In this document: positions 8,390-17,263 of the stretch, in pieces
Layout of the letters: every line of letters begins with the position of its first letter
How positions within the stretch are numbered: the stretch's first letter is position 1
Origin: Bacillota bacterium
Lineage (GTDB): Bacteria; Bacillota; Sulfobacillia; JAIMAT01
DNA: 64,000 nucleotides
Assembly: GCA_029960955.1 (NCBI GenBank)
Contig: JASBVS010000005.1
Span: 53,200-117,199 of the forward strand
Direction: 5' to 3'
Program-made: the position numbers and the translations under genes
The notes under the pieces: model-generated
Told to the model about the DNA's origin: nothing
The model's input: only the letters and a program-made list of their open reading frames with translations
Databases searched by the model: none

Positions 8390-10234
8390 TCAGGCGATCC
8401 GCACCTTGTAGAGGCGGAGCCAGGCGTCGGCCTGCACCAGGTAGGCGAAGAGCTGGGCGCCGCCCATCAGCTGCGAGAACCAGGCCGGGTCGAAGTCGCG
8501 GGCGTCGCCGGCGATCAGGTCGCGCACGCGGCCGGCGTCCAGCAGCGGCGCCAGCGGCGAGGCCGGATCCTCCAGGATGGCCGCCAGCCGCCGGCGCACC
8601 TGGCGCCGGAAGTCCGGGTGGTGGCTCTTCGGGTAGGGGCTCTTCTTGCGGGCGAGCACTTCCTCGGGCAGGATCCCGCGCATCGCCAGGCGCAGGATCC
8701 CCTTCTCGCGGCCTCCCGCCGTCTTCAACCGCCAGGGGATGTTCCAGACGTACTGGACGAGGCGGTGGTCGCAGAAGGGCACGCGGACCTCGAGCCCCAC
8801 GCGCATGCTCATCCGGTCCATGCGGTCGAGCAGGACGGGCAGGAAGCGGGTGAGGTTGACGTAGGAGAGGGCGCGCATGCGCGCCTCCTCCTCCCCCTCC
8901 CCCGGCAGCGCCGGCACCTCGGCCAGCGCCTCGCGGAAGCGCTCGACCGCGTACTCCAGCGGGCGGATGCGGCGCCGCACGTCGGGCGCCAGGAGCTCCG
9001 CCCGCTCCGCGATCTTCCGCACCCAGGGCAGGCTCGGCCCGTCCAGCGCCTTCGGGTCGCGGAACCAGGGATAGCCGCCGAAGAGTTCGTCGGCCGCCTC
9101 GCCCACCAGGACCACCGTCACCTCCCGCCTCACCTCGCGGCTCAGGAGGTAGAGCGAAGCGTCGATGTCCGCCATGCCCGGCATGTCGCGCCCGAGGAGC
9201 GCCGGGAGCAGCGCCTCCGCCAGCTCGCCGCCGTCGATGAGGACGTCGCGATGGTCGGTGGCGAAGCTCCGGGCCACGCGGTGCGCCCACGGCCCGTCGG
9301 CCTCGGGCTGGAAGGCGTTGGGCCGGAAGTAGCGCTCGTTCCCCGCGTAGTCGACGCTGAAGGTGGCGAGGCGACCGCGCCCCTGGCGGCGGAAGGCCTC
9401 GCTGGCGAAGGCGGTGACGGAGCTCGAGTCCAGCCCGCCCGAGAGCAGGACGCCCAGGGGCACGTCGGCCACGAGCTGGCGCACGACGGCATCCTGCAGG
9501 AGGTCGCGGACGGCGGCGGCGGTGGTCTCCACCGGGTCGGTGTGCGGCCGGCTCTCCAGGCGCCAGTAGCGGCGGAGCTCCGTCCCCTTCCTGGCGAAGC
9601 GGAGCCAGCTGCCCGGCCGCAGCTCCTCCACGCCGCGGAAGACGCCGTGACCCGGCGTCCGGCCGGGACCCATGACGAAGACCTCGGCCAGCCCCTCCTC
9701 GTCGATCTCCGCCTCGACCGCCGGGTGGGCCAGCAGCGCCTTGATCTCCGAGCCGAAGAGGAGACCCCGGCCGCGCCGCGCGTAGAAGAGCGGCTTCACT
9801 CCCAGCGGGTCGCGCGCCAGGAAGAGGAGCTCCTCCCGCTCGTCCCACACCCCGAAGGCGAAGATCCCGTTGAGGCGCTCCACGCAGCGCTCGCCCCACT
9901 CGACGTAGGCGGCCAGGAGCGCCTCGGTGTCCGAGTGGCCGCGGAAACGGTGGCCGCGCGCCTCCAGCTCCGCGCGCAGCTCCGCGGTGTTGTAGAGCTC
10001 GCCGTTGTACGTGAGGACGTAGCGCGCCCCGCCGCGCTCGCGGAGCATGGGCTGGACGCCCGCCTCGGGGTCGACGACGACCAGCCTGCGGTGGGCCAGC
10101 GCCGCGTGGGGCGAGAGCCAGAGCCCGGAGTCGTCCGGTCCCCGGCAGGCCAGCGTCGCGCCCATCGCCTCGAGGACCGCCGCCTGCCGGCGGAGGTCCT
10201 GCTCCCAGTCCACCCAGCCCGCGATGCCGCACAT
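8390..10234 (-). CDS. asnB: Asparagine synthase (glutamine-hydrolysing)
   Basis: MCGIAGW N-terminal nucleophile, YNGELYN, and SGGLDSS PP-loop. 614 aa. Confidence 0.96.
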   Translation of the reverse strand: MCGIAGWVDWEQDLRRQAAVLEAMGATLACRGPDDSGLWLSPHAALAHRRLVVVDPEAGVQPMLRERGGARYVLTYNGELYNTAELRAELEARGHRFRGHSDTEALLAAYVEWGERCVERLNGIFAFGVWDEREELLFLARDPLGVKPLFYARRGRGLLFGSEIKALLAHPAVEAEIDEEGLAEVFVMGPGRTPGHGVFRGVEELRPGSWLRFARKGTELRRYWRLESRPHTDPVETTAAAVRDLLQDAVVRQLVADVPLGVLLSGGLDSSSVTAFASEAFRRQGRGRLATFSVDYAGNERYFRPNAFQPEADGPWAHRVARSFATDHRDVLIDGGELAEALLPALLGRDMPGMADIDASLYLLSREVRREVTVVLVGEAADELFGGYPWFRDPKALDGPSLPWVRKIAERAELLAPDVRRRIRPLEYAVERFREALAEVPALPGEGEEEARMRALSYVNLTRFLPVLLDRMDRMSMRVGLEVRVPFCDHRLVQYVWNIPWRLKTAGGREKGILRLAMRGILPEEVLARKKSPYPKSHHPDFRRQVRRRLAAILEDPASPLAPLLDAGRVRDLIAGDARDFDPAWFSQLMGGAQLFAYLVQADAWLRLYKVRIA

Positions 10235-10409
10235 GCCCGCTCACCCCGCCCCGGCCTATGCGCGGGCGAGGGCGCGCGGTGTCTGTCTCGCCCCCGGCGG
10301 CGACCGCGGTCCGGCCGTCGCAGCCGCAACGGCAACCCGTGCGCCCCGGGGGAGGGGTGCGAGGAAGGCTTATAATGGCGAAGGCTGTCAGCGACCTCCC
10401 GCGGGAGCG

Positions 10410-11258
10410 ATGCCCCTCATGCACCTGCTCGACTTCAGCCTGATCGCCTTCGCGGCGTCGGTCGTCTTCGGCCTGCTGGGGTCGCTCCTGGGGCTCGGCG
10501 GCGGGGTTTTCGTCGTCCCCATGCTCACCCTCGGCCTGGGTCTGGACATCCACGACGCCATCGGGGCCAGCATCGTGACCGTCATCGCCACATCCAGCGG
10601 CGCCGCGGCCACCTACGTGCGCGACCGGCTGACCAACATCCGCATCGGCATGTTCCTGGAGATGGCCACCACCACCGGAGCCATCACCGGCGCCTTCCTG
10701 GGCGGCGTCGTACCCGCCCGCTACCTTTACATCGTCTTCGCCCTGCTGATGGGCTGGTCGGCGCTCAACTCCATGCAGCAGACCCGCGGCGACCTGCCCG
10801 ATCCCGGCCGGGCCGGCCCGCTGGTCCGCCGCCTGAGGCTGGCGGGGAGCTACTACGACGCGGCGCTGGACCGCCAGGTCGAGTACGCGGCCACCGGCGT
10901 GCCGCAGGGCTTCGGCATGATGTACGTGGCCGGGCTGATCTCGGGGCTGCTGGGGATCGGATCCGGCGCCCTGAAGGTGCTGGCGATGGACGGGCTCATG
11001 CGCCTGCCGCTGAAGGTCTCGTCGGCGACCAGCAACTTCATGATCGGCGTCACCGCCGCCGCCAGCGCCGCCATCTACTTCGCCCGCGGCGACATCCGGC
11101 CGGAGACGACGGCGCCGGTGGCGCTGGGCGTCCTCCTGGGAGCCTCGCTGGGCTCGCTGCTCCTGACCCGGATCGGGAACCGGACGCTCCGTCTGGTCGC
11201 GATCCCGGTCCTTCTCTTCATCGGCGTCGAGATGCTGCTGCGCGGACTGGGGGTGTAG
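10410..11258 (+). CDS. TauE/SafE family sulfite-exporter-like membrane protein
   Basis: FGLLGSLLGLGGGVFVVPMLTL and a second LLGIGSGALKV repeat, about 8 TM segments. ATG at 10410; the upstream extension is antisense to asnB. Confidence 0.85.
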   Translation: MPLMHLLDFSLIAFAASVVFGLLGSLLGLGGGVFVVPMLTLGLGLDIHDAIGASIVTVIATSSGAAATYVRDRLTNIRIGMFLEMATTTGAITGAFLGGVVPARYLYIVFALLMGWSALNSMQQTRGDLPDPGRAGPLVRRLRLAGSYYDAALDRQVEYAATGVPQGFGMMYVAGLISGLLGIGSGALKVLAMDGLMRLPLKVSSATSNFMIGVTAAASAAIYFARGDIRPETTAPVALGVLLGASLGSLLLTRIGNRTLRLVAIPVLLFIGVEMLLRGLGV

Positions 11259-11262
11259 AGGG

Positions 11263-11712
11263 GTGCCGCGGAAGGATGGGCCGCACCGGGAGAGACCGCC
11301 CGCCAGGGATCCTCGACCTTCGGCGGCCCCGGACGGCGCGGCGGGCGATGCCACACCGGCCGCCGCGGCGGGCTTCGACCTGGAGCTCCTGATCAGCCGG
11401 GTCCTGCGGGGCGGCGTCCTCCTCAGCGCCGCCATCATGTTCGCCGGCCTCGTCCTGCTCTTCCTGCACCCGGCGGGGAGATCCTATGCGCGCCCGGGCG
11501 GCTTCGAGCAGGTCTTCCTCGAGCTGGGCCGCGGCGACCCGCTGGCGGTCATCGACCTGGGCATCCTGGTCCTGGTCCTGACCCCCATCGCCCGCGTGCT
11601 CCTCTCGGTCTTCGTCTTCCTGCGCGAGCGGGACCTGACGTACACGGCCGTCACGCTCTTCGTCCTGCTGGTCCTGGTGGCCAGCTTCCTCCTGGGGAAG
11701 GCGGGTGGCTGA
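11263..11712 (+). CDS. DUF1634-like small membrane protein (usual partner of TauE genes)
   Basis: LELLISRVLRGGVLLSAAIMFAGLVLL plus two further TM segments. It follows the TauE gene by 4 nt. The start (GTG 11263) is uncertain. Confidence 0.65.
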   Translation: MPRKDGPHRERPPARDPRPSAAPDGAAGDATPAAAAGFDLELLISRVLRGGVLLSAAIMFAGLVLLFLHPAGRSYARPGGFEQVFLELGRGDPLAVIDLGILVLVLTPIARVLLSVFVFLRERDLTYTAVTLFVLLVLVASFLLGKAGG

Positions 11713-11767
11713 CCGGCGCCTGCAGCGCGCGCTCCCCGCGCAGGGGCAGGGGAAGGCGAGCCGCCCC

Positions 11768-12196
11768 TCAGCCCGCTCGCCCCTCCAGTGCGGAGCGGAG
11801 CCGCTCCCCCAGCTCGCGGTCGAGCCGGTGCAGACGCTTCCCCGCCCAGACGTTAAGCCCGTCGCCCGCCGTACGCGGGAGGACGTGGAGGTGGAAGTGG
11901 AAGACGGTCTGCTGGGCGCTCCGCCCGTTGGAGTTGAGGAGGTTGACGCCCCCGGCGCCGAGCACCTGCCGTTGCGCCAGCGCGATGCGGCGCGCGAGAC
12001 GCGCCACCTCGGCGAGCTCTTCCTCCTCCAGCTCGAAGAGGTCGCGGGCGTGGCGGCGGCTGACCACCAGCGCGTGGCCGGGCGCCGCCGGGTAGGCGTC
12101 CAGGAGGGCGATGGCCCGCTCGCTCTCGAGAAGTCGAAAAGCGGGCGCCTGGCCCGCCACGATCCGGCAGAAGATGCAGTCGCCTGCCAGGTCCAT
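11768..12196 (-). CDS. HIT-family (histidine triad) nucleotide hydrolase/transferase
   Basis: DCIFCRIVAG...PGHALVVSRRH...HFHLHVLPR (HxHxHxx triad). ATG at 12196 has GGAG 6 nt upstream. Confidence 0.9.
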   Translation of the reverse strand: MDLAGDCIFCRIVAGQAPAFRLLESERAIALLDAYPAAPGHALVVSRRHARDLFELEEEELAEVARLARRIALAQRQVLGAGGVNLLNSNGRSAQQTVFHFHLHVLPRTAGDGLNVWAGKRLHRLDRELGERLRSALEGRAG

Positions 12197-12261
12197 GCAG
12201 CGCTCCACCTCCGCCGGCCGGGGGCCGGCACCCGCCCCGAGGAAGGCGCCCGGGCCCCCGG

Positions 12262-12537
12262 TCAGGCGTCTTCGACGATGGCCAGGATGTCCGAGCGGCT
12301 CAGGATCAGGTGCGACTCCCCGTCCAGCTTGATCTCGTTCCCGCCATAGCGCGCGTAGAGAACGCGGTCGCCGACCTTGAAGATCTTCTGGAGCTCCTCG
12401 TCGGTCCCCACCGCCAGGATTTCGCCCTCCTGCGGCTTCTCCCTGGCGGTGTCAGGAAGATAGAGGCCCGACGCGGTCTTCTCCTCCTCGTGGATGGGCC
12501 GGACCAGAAGCCGATCGTCGACGGGCTTGATCTTCAT
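12262..12537 (-). CDS. groES: Co-chaperonin GroES (Cpn10), not followed by groEL
   Basis: MKIKPVDDRLLVRPIHEEEKTASGLYLPDTAREKPQEGEILAVG...VGDRVLY...LILSRSDILAIVE. The mobile loop is present. GGAGGAGGAG lies 6 nt upstream. Confidence 0.93.
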   Translation of the reverse strand: MKIKPVDDRLLVRPIHEEEKTASGLYLPDTAREKPQEGEILAVGTDEELQKIFKVGDRVLYARYGGNEIKLDGESHLILSRSDILAIVEDA

Positions 12538-12618
12538 GTTCTGCTCCTCCTCCGGCTGCGTCGCCTGCGCGCGCGGTCGCCGCGGGCCCGCGGGCTCCGG
12601 GGCCCCGAGGGGGCCGGC

Positions 12619-12861
12619 CTACTCGCGGAGTCCCAGGGCGCGGACGAGGCGCGCGCGATCGAAGCCGACGATGATCTGGCCGTTGACGTCGATGACCGGA
12701 ACGCCCATCTGACCCGACTTGCGCACCACCTCGCGCGCGGCGGCGGGGCTCTTCGAGACGTCGATCTCGCGGTAGGGCACCTTTCGCTCCGCCAGGAAGC
12801 GCTTGGTGGCGCGGCAGTACGGGCAGCTGGGGGTGGTGTAGACGAGAACCGCCACCCGCAT
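12619..12861 (-). CDS. Glutaredoxin-like protein (CPYC)
   Basis: MRVAVLVYTTPSCPYCRATKRFLAERKVPYREIDV...GVPVIDVNGQIIVGF. ATG at 12861 with AGGAGGG upstream; the longer ORF to 12984 was rejected. Confidence 0.88.
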   Translation of the reverse strand: MRVAVLVYTTPSCPYCRATKRFLAERKVPYREIDVSKSPAAAREVVRKSGQMGVPVIDVNGQIIVGFDRARLVRALGLRE

Positions 12862-12928
12862 CCCTCCTGCGCGGTGAGTCGCCGCAGCCGAAGCCGGCCG
12901 GCCGTGCGACCTGCGGCATCCGCCCGCC

Positions 12929-12957
12929 AGTATACCCACCCGGGTACCTGCAGCCAA
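12929..12957 (-). promoter_or_regulatory. Sigma-A-type promoter for grx-groES-hit
   Basis: The minus strand reads TTGGCT-17 nt-TATACT, about 70 nt upstream of the grx start. Confidence 0.55.
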
Positions 12958-13000
12958 GAGGGTGCCGCCGCCCCGGCGCCCCACGGCCCCGCCAAGGCGC

Positions 13001-13450
13001 CTACGCGGGGCGGTCGCTCCGCCGTGCCCGGCTGTAATGGATGGCCCAGACCAGAAGCCCGATGAAGAGGATATTGAGGGCGTACTCGGCCATCCCCTGG
13101 CGGAAGGCCAGGTCGCTCACCCGCCCGGGAAGGCTCTCCACCGTCAGCACCAGGATGCGACGCACGCTGGCGATCAGGGCCACCACCAGAAGCGGCTCGA
13201 AGTCGAGCACGTGCGTGCGGATGAAGACCACCACGGTATGGAGGAGCTCCAGGAGCATCATCACCACGAGGAGCGGGTCGAGCACACGCGCGACCGTCTC
13301 CGGGCCCGACTCCTGCAGGAAGAGGCGGATCGCGTCGACCAGCGCGGCGACCGCCAGGGCCACCAGCATGACGGCGACCACCATGTAGAGCACGTCTTCG
13401 ACCCAGTCGAGGATGCGAACCCATCCGCTGCGCCCGCCGGACGCCGGCAT
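13001..13450 (-). CDS. PsiE-family (phosphate-starvation-inducible) membrane protein
   Basis: Four hydrophobic helices. LLELLHTVVVFIRTH...LLVVALIASVRRILVL resembles the PsiE core. GGAGGG lies 6 nt upstream of the ATG. Confidence 0.6.
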   Translation of the reverse strand: MPASGGRSGWVRILDWVEDVLYMVVAVMLVALAVAALVDAIRLFLQESGPETVARVLDPLLVVMMLLELLHTVVVFIRTHVLDFEPLLVVALIASVRRILVLTVESLPGRVSDLAFRQGMAEYALNILFIGLLVWAIHYSRARRSDRPA

Positions 13451-13524
13451 CCCGATCCCTCCGTCCGCTCTCTTGCCAGGCTTCTGCGCGCGCCCGGCCT
13501 TCGCCTCCCCGCCAGGAAGCCCGG

Positions 13525-13935
13525 CTACACCCCGGCCCCGCCCTTCCTCTCCCCGCCCCCCGCGGAACCGGCGGGTTCCGCCCTCTCCGGCGCCTCCGCC
13601 TGCGCCAGCACCCGTTCCAGCAGCGCGGCCAGCTCGTCCTGCTCCCCGGCGTCGAGGGGCTCGAGCAGCAGGGCCAGGGCGTCGAAGAGGCGGTCGCGCC
13701 AGGCTTGCAGCTGGGCCATCCCCCTGGGCGTCAGCTGCACCTTGACCACCCGCTCGTCACTCGCCTGGCGCTCGCGCAGGACGAAGCCCCCGCGCTCGAG
13801 CCGCTTGCAGGCGATGGTGGCCGAGCTCGGGGTGATCCCCAGCTGCGCGGCCAGCTCGCCGATCGAGGTAGGTCCGGCCTCCTCCAGGTGGCGGAGGAGC
13901 CAGTACTGTTCCGGGGTCATCTCGCCCCGCCGCAC
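13525..13935 (-). CDS. MarR-family transcriptional regulator (start uncertain, probably further upstream)
   Basis: MTPEQYWLLRHLEEAGPTSIGELAAQLGITPSSATIACKRLERGGFVLRERQASDERVVKVQLTPRG is a winged-HTH of MarR type. The conservative GTG at 13935 would remove helix alpha-1 (ERLAHALIALWRLLRRR). Confidence 0.8.
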   Translation of the reverse strand: MRRGEMTPEQYWLLRHLEEAGPTSIGELAAQLGITPSSATIACKRLERGGFVLRERQASDERVVKVQLTPRGMAQLQAWRDRLFDALALLLEPLDAGEQDELAALLERVLAQAEAPERAEPAGSAGGGERKGGAGV

Positions 13936-14087
13936 CGGATGAGCGCGTCGGCGGAGCAGCCGCCAGAGGGCGATGAGCGCATGGGCGAGCCGCTCGCTGG
14001 CCGTCGGGTCCTCCTCCCTTCCGCCACCGATTGTAGACGACGCCCCGATCGCCCCGCCCCGTGGCGAACGACGTCGCGCCGGCCGGC

Positions 14088-14115
14088 TTGCTTCCGGGAG
14101 GGCGGGTCGTATATT
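14088..14115 (+). promoter_or_regulatory. Putative promoter for yceI-like gene inside the marR/yceI divergent region
   Basis: TTGCTT-16 nt-TATATT, followed by the AT-rich tract tttgatgtctgtctaaatgtctcc with repeated ATGTCT. This is a plausible MarR operator. Confidence 0.45.
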
Positions 14116-14157
14116 TTGATGTCTGTCTAAATGTCTCCGACTTGGGGAGGTTGCGTC

Positions 14158-14703
14158 ATGTCGGCTACGACCCGCACCGGGGTCTGGAAGGTGGACCCCG
14201 CCCACACCACGGTGGAGTTCTCCGTGCGGCACATGATGATCGCCACGGTCCGCGGCCAGTTCAACCAGGTGGCCGGCGAGCTGCGGGGCGACCCCGAGGA
14301 GCTCGCCTCGTGCGAGATCGAGGCGGTCGTCCAGGCCGCGTCGGTGGATACGCGCGAACCGGACCGGGATAATCACCTGCGCTCCGCCGACTTCTTCGAC
14401 GCCGAGCACCATCCGGAGATCCGCTTCCGCAGCCGGCGCATCACCCCCCGCGACGACGGGAGCTACGAGGTCGAGGGCGAGCTGACCATGCGCGGCGTCA
14501 CCCGCCCGGTCACCCTGGAACTCAGCTTCGAAGGCCGGATCCGCGACCCTTACGGGAACCAGCGGGCCGGCTTCACGCTGGAGGGGAAGATCAACCGCAG
14601 GGAGTGGGGGCTCAACTGGAACTCCCTGCTGGAGGCCGGCGGAGTTCTGGTGGGTGACGAGGTCAGGATCATCGTCCACGTCGAGGCCGTCCGCCAGGAG
14701 TAG
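14158..14703 (+). CDS. YceI-family polyisoprenoid-binding protein
   Basis: WKVDPAHTTVEFSVRHMMIATVRGQF...SVDTREPDRDNHLRSADFFD...LTMRGVTRPV. GGGGAGG lies 8 nt upstream of ATG 14158. Confidence 0.9.
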   Translation: MSATTRTGVWKVDPAHTTVEFSVRHMMIATVRGQFNQVAGELRGDPEELASCEIEAVVQAASVDTREPDRDNHLRSADFFDAEHHPEIRFRSRRITPRDDGSYEVEGELTMRGVTRPVTLELSFEGRIRDPYGNQRAGFTLEGKINRREWGLNWNSLLEAGGVLVGDEVRIIVHVEAVRQE

Positions 14704-14867
14704 CCGGTCCGGCAGCGCCGGCCGCCCTTCGCCCGGCCTTCCGGCCGGCGGGCGGCCGGCCCCCTTTTCGCCTCTCGCCTTCCGCCCTCCACGCCTCGCC
14801 GCCGCTATTCCCTTTCGCGCGAGCGGCGCCTATCATCATGACGAGAACATCCGAAGGGGGGCTGTCC

Positions 14868-15242
14868 GTGAAACGGATCCGGGTGGAGATTGTCGGCCTC
14901 CTGCCGGAATTCTTCAACATGTGCGCCGCCTGCCAGGGCATGGACTTCCTCCGCATCGCCAGCCTGGACTACCCGCGCGACCAGTTGCGGGAGTATCCGC
15001 CCGAAGTGGTGGAGGAGCAGCAGCGTGCGGTCGACGTGGTCAACGCCCTGGTCGGCGAGTTCGGTCCGGCCGTGGAGCCGGTCAGCGTCGACGTCTATTC
15101 GCCGCAGGGTCTCTGGCTCTCGCTACGCCACCGGCTCGGCCGGGGACCCGCGCTCGTCGTCGCAGGCCGTCGCGTCGTCCGGGAGTTGACGCCGGAGGCC
15201 GCATGCGCGGCGGTGCGCCAGGAGATGGTGGCTTCGGTCTGA
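14868..15242 (+). CDS. Hypothetical protein (CxxC-containing; possibly a thioredoxin-like fold)
   Basis: VKRIRVEIVGLLPEFFNMCAACQGMDF... GAAGGGGGG lies 7 nt upstream of GTG 14868 (longest ORF from 14838). I could not assign a family. Confidence 0.5.
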   Translation: MKRIRVEIVGLLPEFFNMCAACQGMDFLRIASLDYPRDQLREYPPEVVEEQQRAVDVVNALVGEFGPAVEPVSVDVYSPQGLWLSLRHRLGRGPALVVAGRRVVRELTPEAACAAVRQEMVASV

Positions 15243-15402
15243 CCCCCGGGGAATTCTTTCCGCTTTTCGCTGCGCCCGTCTCGCCTCTTCAAGTCAGCGC
15301 ATGGTTCGCCTCGGAAGGATTTCGCTCTTCGCCAGTCGAAGCCTCCTCTCACCGCGCCGCCGGGTGCGCGGCGGCGACGCTGCCACAAAAGGAGGGAGAA
15401 GC

Positions 15403-17127
15403 GTGACGACGCCGTTCTGGTTCGTCGTGGCGGCCCTGGTCTTTTATGGGATCGCCTTCCTGGGCTACGGCCGCTGGTACGACCGCAACGTCTGGAAACC
15501 CGACGCGAAGCGGACCACCCCGGCCCACATGTACATGGACGGCGTGGAGTTCTTCCCTGCGAGCCGGTACGTGCTCTGGGGCTACCAGTTCAAGAGCGTG
15601 GCCGCGCTGGGTCCGATCCTCGGTCCGTTCATCGCGCTCCAGTACGGCTGGTTGCCCGCCCTGATCTGGATCATCCTCGGCAACTTCTTCATCGGCTGGC
15701 TCCAGGACTACGGCGCCATCATGGTGTCGGTCCGGAACAACGGCCGCTCCTTCGGTCCCATCTCCTACGAATTCACCGGTGCCAGCGGTCGCAGCACCCT
15801 GCTGGGATTCATCCTGTTTTATCTGCAGATGATCTCGGCGACCTTCGTCTTCTTTATCGCGCAATTCTGGAACACCCTTCCCGGCACCTTCGCAGCCACG
15901 GTGGGTATCATCATCACCGCGGTGATCGTGGGCCAGCTGATGTACAAGGTCCGCCTCAACGTCGGGCTCACCACGCTGATCGGTCTTCTCCTCGTGGTCC
16001 TCTCCATCGTGGCCGGCGTCTACCTGCGGACACCGACCGATCCTTTCGGCGCCTGGTCGGCCCCCTTCTGGGCCGCGCTGGTGGGGGTCTTCCTCTTCGT
16101 CGCCTCCGTGCTGCCGCTGCCCTCGCTCATCCAGCCCATGAACTTCATCAGCTTCTTCCCCACCTTCATCGCGGTCATCCTGATCATCATCGGCGGTCTG
16201 CTTTCGCCGGTCTTCGGCGTCTCGCTGCAGCAGCCGGCCTGGAAGGGCTTCTGGTCACCGGCCACCGGGCCGCTCTGGCCGATGATGTTCCTGGCCATCG
16301 CCTGCGGCGCCATCTCCGGCTGGCATAGCCTGGTCGGCAGCTCCACCACCTCCAAGCAGCTGGACCTGGAGACCGACGCGCACCCCGTCGGCGCGGGTGC
16401 CATGCTCTCGGAGGGCCTGGTGGCGCTGGCCTCCCTGGCCGCCTACATGGTCCTGGCGCCCGGCGAGATCACCAAGAACACGACCGCCTGGGTGGCGGGC
16501 GCCATCCGCCTCACCGAGGGCTTCCTCGGCGGCAAGGGCGCCGAGGCCTTCCTGGCCACCTTCTTCGGCGTCTCGCTGGTGCTCTACGCCATCACGGTCC
16601 AGTCGCTGGTCACCCGCTTCTGGCGCCTGATCTCGGCGGAGGTGGCCGGCCAGGGGCGCTTCGCCATCCTCGGCCAGAAGCACGTGGCCACGTTCCTCGG
16701 CATCCTGATCGCCTGGCTCTTCGCCGTCTCCGGCTCGTGGAACAACCTCTGGCTCTACTTCGGCGGCTCCAACCAGCTGCTGGCGGGCCTGGCGCTGATG
16801 CTGATCTCCATCCACCTCGCCCGGGCCCAGAGCCAGAGCGGCTGGACCTTCTGGCCGGCGATGTTCATGATCGTCACCACCATCCTCGGGCTGGCCTTCC
16901 AGACCTACGTTTTCTTCAACGCCGTCTACACGGGGAAGACGCTGGTCCAGCCGCCCCTGGGCACCATCCCCTGGGCCGCCCACACGCTGGACGCCATCTT
17001 CACCCTCGTCGGCGTGATGCTGATCGTCCTCGGCCTCCGGATGGCGGTGATGACGATCCGCTCCTACCTCGCCTCCCGGGCCCAGCCCATGGCGGTGGCG
17101 GGACAGACGGCGACACCGGCGCGTTGA
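15403..17127 (+). CDS. cstA: Carbon starvation protein A (CstA family transporter)
   Basis: FLGYGRWYDRNVW...GYQFKSVAALGPILGPFIALQYGWLPALIWIILGNFFIGWLQDY..., more than 14 TM segments. AAGGAGGGAG lies upstream of GTG 15403. Confidence 0.93.
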   Translation: MTTPFWFVVAALVFYGIAFLGYGRWYDRNVWKPDAKRTTPAHMYMDGVEFFPASRYVLWGYQFKSVAALGPILGPFIALQYGWLPALIWIILGNFFIGWLQDYGAIMVSVRNNGRSFGPISYEFTGASGRSTLLGFILFYLQMISATFVFFIAQFWNTLPGTFAATVGIIITAVIVGQLMYKVRLNVGLTTLIGLLLVVLSIVAGVYLRTPTDPFGAWSAPFWAALVGVFLFVASVLPLPSLIQPMNFISFFPTFIAVILIIIGGLLSPVFGVSLQQPAWKGFWSPATGPLWPMMFLAIACGAISGWHSLVGSSTTSKQLDLETDAHPVGAGAMLSEGLVALASLAAYMVLAPGEITKNTTAWVAGAIRLTEGFLGGKGAEAFLATFFGVSLVLYAITVQSLVTRFWRLISAEVAGQGRFAILGQKHVATFLGILIAWLFAVSGSWNNLWLYFGGSNQLLAGLALMLISIHLARAQSQSGWTFWPAMFMIVTTILGLAFQTYVFFNAVYTGKTLVQPPLGTIPWAAHTLDAIFTLVGVMLIVLGLRMAVMTIRSYLASRAQPMAVAGQTATPAR

Positions 17128-17233
17128 GGCTGCACGGCTTCGGCGAGGCCGTGCGAGGGCAGGGACCGGCCCAGGCGACGCAGACCGGCGGCCGGCCGGC
17201 GGGCGGCCGCGAGAACGAAGAAGGGCATCGGAG

Positions 17234-17263
17234 CCCGGGCAGGGCCGGCGGGTCCTGCCCGGG
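17234..17263 (+). terminator. 10-bp GC hairpin between cstA and the first gene of the ArsA-like cluster
   Basis: CCCGGGCAGG-10 nt-CCTGCCCGGG, ending 30 nt before ATG 17293. There is no U-tract, so function as terminator or attenuator is unproven. Confidence 0.4.

Noticed and set aside
7047-11438. Very long ORFs in the six-frame track: 7047..11438 (-) of 1463 aa, 16255..18792 (-), 47696..50524 (-), 52691..55057 (-), 34274..37105 (-), 55966..59187 (+) and others.
   Set aside because: Their translations are monotonous Arg/Pro/Gly/Ala strings with no motifs. They run antisense to, or out of frame with, genes that carry clear family signatures. Stop-codon depletion in a >70% GC genome produces such shadow ORFs. 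Where a real gene occupies part of a long frame (glxK, pepF, moaA, ogt, mpg), only the motif-bearing part was kept.
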